Of a stretch of 60,870 bases of DNA, positions 47,801 through 55,084 are shown piece by piece; position 1 is the first letter of the stretch; every line of letters begins with the position of its first letter. The translations under genes were made by a program, and so were the position numbers. Source of the stretch: Clostridia bacterium (lineage in GTDB: Bacteria; Bacillota; Clostridia; UBA1212; UBA1255); NCBI GenBank assembly GCA_017508875.1, contig JAFWQX010000175.1, forward strand, positions 1-60,870, written 5' to 3'. The notes under the pieces were generated by a model, which was not told the origin of the DNA, made no database searches, and was given only the letters and a program-made list of their open reading frames with translations.

Positions 47801-48266
47801 CGCACGAGGCTTCGGCGACGTCGGAATGAATTCTTTCAACCATTACGCATACGGCTGCGTCGGCGAATGGATGTACACGTATATGGCGGGCATCAACGGA
47901 AGCGGAACGACAGGATTCAAACAGTTCGAATTATCGCCGCGCATCGATCCGAAACTCAGGATCACTTCGTGCGAAGCTGAATACGACAGCGTATACGGTA
48001 CGATATATTCTTCATGGAACGTTGACGGAAGCGGTTCTCTTTCCTACGATTTCAGCGTACCTGCAAACACTTCGTGCAAGGTCGTACTACCGCTCAAGAT
48101 CGGTGAGAAAGACGTTTCTTCAATTTCAATCGGCAATTTTTCTGTAAAAATCAGCGAATTATCCGGCGGAGATCATTTAGCTGAAGGATTATCTTTTACA
48201 GAAATACAAAACGGATGTATAATATTAATGGCTGTATCCGGAAACTTCAGCATACGGCTCAGTTAA
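44838..48266 (+). CDS. Membrane-anchored GH78 alpha-L-rhamnosidase-like protein
   Basis: N-terminal TM, QTAYRIVV, YWKVTVWD, LKPGWTDY, DLGQNMVG, FYGFRY, PTDCPQRDERLGWTGD, GATTTWERW, SFNHYAYG. ATG 44838 preferred (AGGAG SD); a GTG start at 44811 is also possible. Confidence 0.9.
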   Translation: MNKTAKILCAIFAVIITAGLTYAIITYHPDYKTPSDAFNVKALRVNYSDEPSAVSSDELTFGWQMDSDKVGISQTAYRIVVNDKSNFKGRTYWDSGKVLSAESACVQYSGRKLDPEKEYYWKVTVWDDKDEYSTSETPAHFETACDEKALSKALFISEGSNASKYKEYSLEFDAAITSQALGTLIDVKNGSNYYLWQFNLSDHGVLYLRKHVFYPGGYTVDEVDISKKCGSVIEYGDEFHVKITSDRKSIKTYVNSKLVDTYSAKLYNSAFYGFRQGAGEAGWVDNIETKIVQDNGEKIEFAYDFDDEYNPFSIGSVVSERLELGPFPGEQKSYISFDGSKVINNKPGGVMFRKSFELSGKTDVSKLKKARLYVTALGNFNIYINGNKIGDDVLKPGWTDYSTRVQYFIYDVSEALKSGENVICAYVTSGWWNGRVSFSTYGNLDNAFMCRLVTEYKNGRKSELVTDESWEWNREDCPVVEASIYDGETYDARYSPTVYMPDEYDPERWNYAAAFLYEGEVTPASGAPVKVRNELELTPSSVKIYKETEDNGSDFGKVIVLREFSGEDEFTLEHGETAVIDLGQNMVGWPLISVSGRSGTQIIMRFGEMLNDSGSKSRGNDGPEGSVYTSNYRSAASTNRYIMSGEGVENYHTEYSFYGFRYISITVSDTVTFHSVRGQVVGSVNPESGSITTSDASVNQLISNIIWSMRGNYLSVPTDCPQRDERLGWTGDTQVFVGTGSYNANVAPFFRKWLTDCIDSQMSDGSYPDVIPRSNATGSGAAAWGDAGIIVPYTMYKKYGDIYVIRRNYDSMEKYMSFVIKNGGPLERYGDWLAYQETEQKLICKAYYAYDALLMAQMSDALGYTQRKDYYRGIYENVKSEYIKSYFDEIGLIPGSQTAAVLTLLADLVPNEDMRYSVLTMLRNNIKKNGWKLQTGFVGTANIVNVLSLMGDDETAYTLLLQRDNPSWLYSIDQGATTTWERWDSYTLARGFGDVGMNSFNHYAYGCVGEWMYTYMAGINGSGTTGFKQFELSPRIDPKLRITSCEAEYDSVYGTIYSSWNVDGSGSLSYDFSVPANTSCKVVLPLKIGEKDVSSISIGNFSVKISELSGGDHLAEGLSFTEIQNGCIILMAVSGNFSIRLS

Positions 48267-48288
48267 TTGCGGCAGGGAAGGAAACGCA

Positions 48289-49113
48289 GTGGACAATTCA
48301 CTTCAGGATCTATATACCACTTCGCTTGAAGATATAAGGCTCGACGTTTTCGAAGGGCCTTTCGATTTGTTGCTGTCTCTGCTTGAACGCAATAAACTTA
48401 ATATTGCCGATATAAGTATCAGCCTGATCGCGGATCAGTATATCGAAGTACTTAAAAACAATTTTGATATGGAGATAGCGAGTGAATTTCTGGTGATGGC
48501 TTCGACGCTCCTTCACCTCAAATCAAGGCGCCTGCTGCCTCAAAAAGAAAAAGAGGCGGAAGAGATCTCCGAAGAAGAACTTATCCGCAGACTCAGCGAG
48601 TATAAACGTTACAAAGAACTTGCTCCGGCAGTTTCAGAAAGACTGGCAGAATATTCCGGTTCATATTACAAAATGCCGGAGAATCTCACGTTCCCGAAGA
48701 TCTATCTTCCTGTTAAGATCGATCCTGCGCTTCTGGCTTATTACAAAGCTGATATCGACAAAAGATTTAAAGAGAAGACGAATGACAATACTTCAAAGAT
48801 GGAAAGAATACTGCGCGTTGAAAAAGTCAGTATTAAGGACAAGATGAAGCAGATCATAAGAAAGATCAAGAATTTTGTAAAGACCCGTTTCTCTGAAATA
48901 TTCACTAAAGAATCAAGCCGTACTGAGAAGGTTACAGGTTTTCTGGCAATGCTTGAGCTGGATAAAAACAAACACGTAAAAGTTACGCAAAAGGAACTTT
49001 TCGGAGAGATCACGATTGAGCCCGGGGACAATTTCGATCCCTCGGATATTGAGAAATTTACCGGCACCGTAGACGAATACGACGAGAACAGCCCGATAGA
49101 AGGAAATTCATGA
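48289..49113 (+). CDS. scpA: Segregation/condensation protein A (kleisin)
   Basis: FEGPFDLLLSL, SEFLVMASTLLHLKSRRLLP, VTGFLAMLEL, Q.ELFGEI. Confidence 0.93.
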   Translation: MDNSLQDLYTTSLEDIRLDVFEGPFDLLLSLLERNKLNIADISISLIADQYIEVLKNNFDMEIASEFLVMASTLLHLKSRRLLPQKEKEAEEISEEELIRRLSEYKRYKELAPAVSERLAEYSGSYYKMPENLTFPKIYLPVKIDPALLAYYKADIDKRFKEKTNDNTSKMERILRVEKVSIKDKMKQIIRKIKNFVKTRFSEIFTKESSRTEKVTGFLAMLELDKNKHVKVTQKELFGEITIEPGDNFDPSDIEKFTGTVDEYDENSPIEGNS

Positions 49114-49178
49114 CGGAGCACATTTAGCAAAGAGCAGTATTACCACCAGCTGATTTTAATTCAAGGAAGGTCAACATT

Positions 49179-49820
49179 ATGGACGATAACAATAGATCCG
49201 GTTTTATTGATGCAATTTCAGACGAAAGCTACGTCCCCGACAGGCTCAGCCACGCGGAGGCGCTTGCGGAGGCGCTGCTTTTTGCGTCCGGCAGCCCCGT
49301 ACTCACCGATGATATCGCGCTGATCCTGAAGCTCAAAAAGTCTGAGACAGAAGCAGTGCTAAAACGTCTTTCGGAATATTACACGGCACATAATTCCGGC
49401 CTTGTATTAAAGAAAATCAACGATTCTTATCAGCTCGCGTCAAAAAGTTCGCTTCACGATGAACTTAAGCCGCACTTCGAACAGGTCTCCGCTTCTCCGC
49501 TCAGCCGTTCTGCATTGGAAGCGCTGACAATAATCGCATATAACCAACCTATCACTCGCGGCGGCGTCGAGATAATCCGCGGCGTCAACAGCGACAGCGT
49601 CGTTTCTACGCTTCTTGAGCGCGGTCTTATATGTGAAAAGGGGAAATCCGATTCACCCGGACGTCCTGTACTTTACGGAACTACCGAACTCTTTCTCAAG
49701 AGCGCCGGACTAACTGACATAGAAGAATTAAGAGACGTCATTCCGCTTCCCGAAATAAACACCGCCCGGCCGCCTGAAGACCCAGAAGCAAATAACGATC
49801 AACCAGAAACCAATAACTAG
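49179..49820 (+). CDS. scpB: Segregation/condensation protein B
   Basis: EALLFASG, LSRSALEALTIIAYNQPITR, IRGVNS, PGRPVLYGTT..FL. Confidence 0.94.
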   Translation: MDDNNRSGFIDAISDESYVPDRLSHAEALAEALLFASGSPVLTDDIALILKLKKSETEAVLKRLSEYYTAHNSGLVLKKINDSYQLASKSSLHDELKPHFEQVSASPLSRSALEALTIIAYNQPITRGGVEIIRGVNSDSVVSTLLERGLICEKGKSDSPGRPVLYGTTELFLKSAGLTDIEELRDVIPLPEINTARPPEDPEANNDQPETNN

Positions 49821-49878
49821 TTCCTCGTTGCCAGTTACTCGTTGCCAGTTCCTCGTTCCTGGTTGCTCGTTACTCGTT
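49816..49878 (+). repeat. Nine tandem heptamers NC(T/C)NGTT
   Basis: ACTAGTT CCTCGTT GCCAGTT ACTCGTT GCCAGTT CCTCGTT CCTGGTT GCTCGTT ACTCGTT. Confidence 0.9.
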
Positions 49879-49884
49879 GACGCT

Positions 49885-49913
49885 TTGACATATTCCTGTC
49901 GCTATAGTATAAT
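49885..49913 (+). promoter_or_regulatory. Consensus sigmaA promoter
   Basis: TTGACA-N17-TATAAT. Confidence 0.85.
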
Positions 49914-49996
49914 TATTTGTCAGGGACAAATTCGTTCGTACGTATTTGACCCGGCGTATTTTGAAGTACGGTATTACGGAAGACGGAGGACAAGGA

Positions 49997-51289
49997 ATGG
50001 ATTATAAAAAGCTCTCAAAAGCACAGCTTGAAAAAGAACTGCTCTTACAGCAATCCAGATATGATAAATATAAGGCAATGGGACTCAGCCTCGATATGAC
50101 CAGAGGGAAGCCCTGCGCTGCACAGCTTAAACTATCAGAGCCTATGCTTGACCAGGCCCTTTTGGAAGATTGTACTTCAGAAAACGGAACCGACTGCCGG
50201 AATTACGGCATTGTCGCCGGCCTTCCTGAAGCGAGGCGGTTTATGGGTGAACTGCTTGGAGTTCCCGGTGATAATATTATATGCGGCGGTAATTCAAGTC
50301 TCAATATGATGTACGATACGATTTCCGCATTTATGTTGTTCGGCGTATCAGGCGATGAGGCAGACAGGCCTTGGTTCGAGGAAAAGGACAGAAAATTCAT
50401 ATGTCCCGTTCCGGGCTATGACCGTCATTTCGCCGTGACCGAACTGTTCGGATTCAAACTCATACCTGTTGACATTAACCCCGACGGACCTGATATGGAC
50501 GAAATAGAACGGATTGTCCGCGACGACCCGTCCGTAAAAGGTATGTGGTCCGTACCGAAATATTCAAATCCGACCGGTTACGTCTATTCAGACGAATGTA
50601 TAAGAAGACTTGCCCGCATGAAATGTGCGGCTCATGATTTCAGGATCTTCTGGGACGATGCGTACACGGTCCATTTCTTCAACGACAGCCCTGCAGATCA
50701 GCTTAATCTTTATGATGAATGCGTAAAAGCAGGTAATCCCGAACGCACTATTATGTTCGGATCAACTTCGAAAATCACTTTCCCCGGAGCCGGTATTGCC
50801 GCACTCGCCGCAGATAAAAAGACGGTCGATTTCCTGCTTTCTAAGATTTCAAAACAGACGATCGGACCCGATAAACTGAATCAGCTGAGGCACGTAAAAT
50901 TCCTGAAGGATCTTCAGGGAGTCGTTGCCCATATGAAAAAACACGCTGATATCATGAAGCCTAAATTTGACGCCGTACAGGACGTATTCGAGTCCGAATT
51001 TGACGCGCCTGTGGAAGGACAGCTTCAATGGACAAAGCCCGAAGGCGGGTATTTTATCTGCTGCAAAACAGGCGAGGGAATGGCCGCGCAAGTTCTGGAT
51101 ATGTGCAAACAGTGCGGCGTCGCTTTCACTCCTGCAGGATCCACGCATCCTTATAAAAAAGACCCTACGGACAGCTACGTAAGAATAGCGCCGTCTTATC
51201 CCGAAATCGGGCAAATAAGATCGGCAGTTGAAATTTTCTGCATATGTGTTAAAATAACACTGATAAAACAACTTCTTTTAAATAAATAA
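49997..51289 (+). CDS. Class I PLP aminotransferase (resembles the type Ic AspAT/AspB subgroup)
   Basis: LDMTRGKP, PVPGYDRHF, VPKYSNPTG, WDDAY, STSKITF, RIAPSYP. Start moved to ATG 49997. Confidence 0.82.
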   Translation: MDYKKLSKAQLEKELLLQQSRYDKYKAMGLSLDMTRGKPCAAQLKLSEPMLDQALLEDCTSENGTDCRNYGIVAGLPEARRFMGELLGVPGDNIICGGNSSLNMMYDTISAFMLFGVSGDEADRPWFEEKDRKFICPVPGYDRHFAVTELFGFKLIPVDINPDGPDMDEIERIVRDDPSVKGMWSVPKYSNPTGYVYSDECIRRLARMKCAAHDFRIFWDDAYTVHFFNDSPADQLNLYDECVKAGNPERTIMFGSTSKITFPGAGIAALAADKKTVDFLLSKISKQTIGPDKLNQLRHVKFLKDLQGVVAHMKKHADIMKPKFDAVQDVFESEFDAPVEGQLQWTKPEGGYFICCKTGEGMAAQVLDMCKQCGVAFTPAGSTHPYKKDPTDSYVRIAPSYPEIGQIRSAVEIFCICVKITLIKQLLLNK

Positions 51290-51302
51290 ACCGGAGGCCA
51301 AT

Positions 51303-52793
51303 ATGGACGAAAACATCAAACTCGAATACGAACCAAAAAACGGCTGGACTTGCCTTAACGAAGATACGCTTAAAGAACTCGAAGCATTCTGCGAAGACTA
51401 TAAACGTTTCCTTGACGACGCAAAAACCGAACGTGAATCCACCGAGGTGCTTGTTAATACTGCTAAAGAAGCCGGCTTTTCTGACCTTAACGACTATTTG
51501 TGCGCTAAGAAAAAGGCGCTTCCAGGTACTAAATTATATGCCGTGAACAGGGGAAAGTCATGTGCCTTTATGATCATCGGTAAGAACGATCCTGTTGATG
51601 GAATGAATATGGTCGGCGCTCATATCGACGCTCCGAGACTCGACTTCAAGCCGAAGCCGATCTATGAAGATTCAGGTTATGCGCTTGCCAAAACGCATTA
51701 TTACGGCGGAATAAAGAAGTATCAGTGGGTCGCTACGCCTCTTGCGCTTCACGGAGTTGTTTTCCTTGAAGGCGGTAAGAAAGTCAGCGTACGTATCGGC
51801 GAAGACGAGTCCGATCCCGTTCTTTATATTACCGACCTGCTTCCGCACCTTGCACAGGATCAGATGGCGAAAAACGGATATTCGCTTATCGGCGCCGAAC
51901 AGCTTAACGTTACACTGGCCTCCAGACCGGCTCTCGATTTTGAGACCTCCAAGGACGGCGGCGCGTGCTGCTGCAATAATGAAGGCTGCTGCAATGACGA
52001 AAATAAAGAAGAAAAGGACGATAAAGCAGATAAATCTGTGAAGAAAGCCGTGCTTAAACTGCTCTACGATAAATACGGCATCTGCGAGAAAGATTTCTTC
52101 AGAGCAGAATTTGAGATCGTTCCGGCGGCGAAAGCCAAAGACGTAGGAATCGACCGCGCTCTTGTAGGAGCATACGCTCAGGACGACAGGGTCTGCGCAT
52201 ACACAGGATTCAGAGCTTTGCTTGACCTTAAAGAAATACCCGAAAAAACAGCCGTTGTATATCTTTCGGACAAAGAAGAGATCGGCAGTGTCGGAAACAC
52301 GGGCGCGAGGTCGTGCTGGCTCGAAAATCTCTGTCTCGAACTTGTGTCAAATTATGATCCGTCTTACGGCATGCTCGAACTCAGAAGGGCAATGACAGCG
52401 ACAAAATTCCTTTCCGCTGACGTTACTGCCGCATTCGATCCGAATTTCCCCGAAGTTTCAGATAAACTTAACGTAGCCTTCGCATCGAACGGTATCTCGT
52501 TCAACAAATATACCGGTTCACGCGGAAAGAGCGGCGCGAGCGACGCCTCTCCCGAATTCATTTCATACGTCATCGACACGCTTGAAAAAGAAAATATTCC
52601 GTGGCAGCTTACAGAAATGGGTAAGGTAGATATAGGCGGCGGCGGAACCATCGCTCAGTTTATGGCTGACCTCGGAATGGAAGTCCTTGACTGCGGAGTT
52701 CCGGTGCTTTCGATGCATTCTCCGTTTGAAGTGACGTCGAAGGCGGACGTTTACTGGACCTACAGGGCGTATATGGCCTTTATTAAAGCGTAA
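51303..52793 (+). CDS. M18 family aminopeptidase
   Basis: GAHIDAPRLD, HYYGGIKKYQW, QDDRVC, DKEEIGS, SADV, MHSPFE metal ligands intact. Confidence 0.92.
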   Translation: MDENIKLEYEPKNGWTCLNEDTLKELEAFCEDYKRFLDDAKTERESTEVLVNTAKEAGFSDLNDYLCAKKKALPGTKLYAVNRGKSCAFMIIGKNDPVDGMNMVGAHIDAPRLDFKPKPIYEDSGYALAKTHYYGGIKKYQWVATPLALHGVVFLEGGKKVSVRIGEDESDPVLYITDLLPHLAQDQMAKNGYSLIGAEQLNVTLASRPALDFETSKDGGACCCNNEGCCNDENKEEKDDKADKSVKKAVLKLLYDKYGICEKDFFRAEFEIVPAAKAKDVGIDRALVGAYAQDDRVCAYTGFRALLDLKEIPEKTAVVYLSDKEEIGSVGNTGARSCWLENLCLELVSNYDPSYGMLELRRAMTATKFLSADVTAAFDPNFPEVSDKLNVAFASNGISFNKYTGSRGKSGASDASPEFISYVIDTLEKENIPWQLTEMGKVDIGGGGTIAQFMADLGMEVLDCGVPVLSMHSPFEVTSKADVYWTYRAYMAFIKA

Positions 52794-52859
52794 ACGGCCC
52801 GTAAATCGATTTTCAGGCTCCGGCAGTATAACTTTAGATTTCAGAAGGAGAAGCGCTAA

Positions 52860-53876
52860 TTGGATAATTTAAGACGGTTTTTAGTGGTGTTCTGTATCAT
52901 GCTCGTCCTTGCGGCCGCTGTATGCGGCGTAAGGCTTGTGCTTTCATACGATAATTTCAACAAGAACCTGGTAAACGACCTTGAACTTGATATTCCTACG
53001 TACGATCCTTCCGGAGAGACGGTACAGTCTTCGTTCTCAAATAACATTCTTTTCATATGCTTTGACGAAGATAATTCAGAGACTCAGCTGATGTTTATCA
53101 TGAACGTCGATTCTGCTTCCAAATCTCTGAATTTTATGCTCCTGCCTAAAGAGATCAAGTACAATATCGCGTCCGGTTCAATGGTCGGAGATTTCGGCTC
53201 GATGTATTACGGCTTTTCCTCATCCCGCGGCTCATCCTGCGCTTCGGCTGTTGCTTCGTTCTTTGACATCGATATTAATTACTACTTCTGTATCTCGACA
53301 GAGGAAGCCGCAAAGCTTCTCGGTTCGTTCTGCTCCGAGGACGGGGGAGTTATCTTCGACGTTCCCGTAGATATTTACTACAGAGATTACGAGAAGAATA
53401 TCAATATCGATTTCAGGAAGGGCGCTCAGGTATTAAACGGCACGGGAATCGTTGATTTCCTCCGCTTTTATAAAACGTACGACGGTACGTATACAAAAGA
53501 ACTTCTGGAATATTACGACGGCACTGACTCAAAACGAATGAATATCGTCGCAAGGTTTATCGACACGTTTATCACGCAGAAATTCTTTGAGCCTTCAACG
53601 GATTTCTACATCAGGAGCTTTACCGAACTTGTAAACCCGTTCCTGAATAAGGCGGATACTAATTTAAACAGATCTGTACTGGATACGGTCGGGCAGATAC
53701 TCGCAACGACGAACTCGCAGAAGATAGGCTATTTCTTACCGCTGGGCGACGTTTCTTTTAACGACAAAGTATATCTCGAATACAACGGTTACATAAGGAA
53801 TCTCGAACTTGACGAGAGCATCTCTCCGTCTGTCGCGATGGATATCCTTTCTTCGAGATTTAAGACGCTTTACTGA
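52860..53876 (+). CDS. LCP (LytR-CpsA-Psr)-like membrane protein with degenerate motifs
   Basis: N-terminal TM, NNILFICFD, LLPKE (cf. IPRD), IDINYY, FDVPVDIYY, IDFRKGAQVLNG. Confidence 0.7.
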   Translation: MDNLRRFLVVFCIMLVLAAAVCGVRLVLSYDNFNKNLVNDLELDIPTYDPSGETVQSSFSNNILFICFDEDNSETQLMFIMNVDSASKSLNFMLLPKEIKYNIASGSMVGDFGSMYYGFSSSRGSSCASAVASFFDIDINYYFCISTEEAAKLLGSFCSEDGGVIFDVPVDIYYRDYEKNINIDFRKGAQVLNGTGIVDFLRFYKTYDGTYTKELLEYYDGTDSKRMNIVARFIDTFITQKFFEPSTDFYIRSFTELVNPFLNKADTNLNRSVLDTVGQILATTNSQKIGYFLPLGDVSFNDKVYLEYNGYIRNLELDESISPSVAMDILSSRFKTLY

Positions 53877-53897
53877 TTCTAATTAAATACCGTCATC

Positions 53898-54947
53898 TTA
53901 CGTATCTGTATTTTCAGCCTTCTCGCTTCGGTTTTCTTCCGGGCGCGGAGGCTGATCTCTTTTTACGGAAGAAAGGGGATTGCTGCTTACAGCTTCCTTT
54001 AACTGACGTGAATTTACGTGAGTGTAGATCTGAGTGGTGGCAACACTTTCGTGTCCCAATATTTCCTGAAGGGCTCTGATGTCAACGCCTCCGTACGTAT
54101 ACATCAGCGTCGCGGCGGTATGACGGAGTTTGTGCACAGAATATTTTTTAGGATCAAGTCCAGCTTTGACAATATATTTTTTTACGGTGTACTCAACTGT
54201 TTTGGGACTGATGCGTTTCTTGCGTTTACTGACGAACAGGGGATGGACACCGCCTTTTTCCGTAACGTCTTCCCGAACCTGCAGATAACTGTCAATAGCG
54301 CTGATACATGCGTCGTTAAGATAGACGGCGCGCTCTTTATTGCCCTTACCGATGACTCGCAGAACGTCGTCGCGGATATCCGTGATATTGATCCCGACAA
54401 GTTCCGAAAGACGCATACCGCAGTTTAAAAACAGTGTAATTATACAATAATCGCGCTCTGCAAATTCTTCTTCGTCATCGATCGAACCGAGCAGGTCGCG
54501 GCTTTCGTCAAGCTCCAGATATTTAGGAAGTCTTTTGCTTTGCTTGGGGCTTTCAAGTTCCGCAGCAGGATTTGACGTAATTATATTCACGCGGGAAAAA
54601 CAGTATTTAAAAAATGTTTTCAAGCACGAGACTTTTCTGCTTCTCGTGGAGGCAATATCTCCGCGCTCGGCATTTATGTAGTTCAGGAACGCATAAAGAT
54701 CCGACAGCGTAATAGATTTGAGAACGTCAATATCCAGATCGGCCGGATCGATTTCTTCAAACAGTGCATCAGCCTGGACGAGTCTGCGCCTTACTTTAAT
54801 AAAGCGGAAGAACATGAGCAGGTCATAATAGTACTCGTGGATCGTACGCTTCGATTTGCCCGAGATCGAATCCATGTATATAAGGAAATCTTCTCCGTAC
54901 GGAGGAAGCATATATTTCTCTCTGCCCGTCTTATCATTGCCAGCCAC
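53898..54947 (-). CDS. XerC/XerD-like tyrosine recombinase
   Basis: RSRKVSCLKTFFKY, NPAAELESPK, CGMRLSEL, GKGNKER, HKLRH, LGH..VATTQIY. Start placed at GTG 54947 (GGGGTG SD) because the ORF-track start at 55001 overlaps its own promoter; ATG 54911 is an alternative. Confidence 0.9.
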   Translation of the reverse strand: MAGNDKTGREKYMLPPYGEDFLIYMDSISGKSKRTIHEYYYDLLMFFRFIKVRRRLVQADALFEEIDPADLDIDVLKSITLSDLYAFLNYINAERGDIASTRSRKVSCLKTFFKYCFSRVNIITSNPAAELESPKQSKRLPKYLELDESRDLLGSIDDEEEFAERDYCIITLFLNCGMRLSELVGINITDIRDDVLRVIGKGNKERAVYLNDACISAIDSYLQVREDVTEKGGVHPLFVSKRKKRISPKTVEYTVKKYIVKAGLDPKKYSVHKLRHTAATLMYTYGGVDIRALQEILGHESVATTQIYTHVNSRQLKEAVSSNPLSSVKRDQPPRPEENRSEKAENTDT

Positions 54948-54992
54948 TTGCGATACACCCCGATTGAAATGATTTTGTTCAATTACGTACAG

Positions 54993-55051
54993 ATTATACA
55001 TCCCCGGAGCAATAAGTTCAAGTTGACAATTCTTCGTGTTTGGAATAGAAT
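54993..55051. promoter_or_regulatory. Back-to-back divergent promoters (xer on -, aspS on +)
   Basis: Minus strand: TTGAAC-N17-TATAAT (55021-54993). Plus strand: TTGACA-N17-TAGAAT (55023-55051). The -35 boxes are 1 bp apart. Confidence 0.7.
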
Positions 55052-55084
55052 CAACCGAATACTTTTTTTAGGAGTATGATCAAT

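Noticed and set aside
53898-55001. Tyrosine recombinase as a prophage/ICE integrase
   Set aside because: Its sequence is Xer-like, the flanks are housekeeping genes, and no att repeats, tRNA junction or mobile-element genes are nearby. No dif site was recognised in the window.
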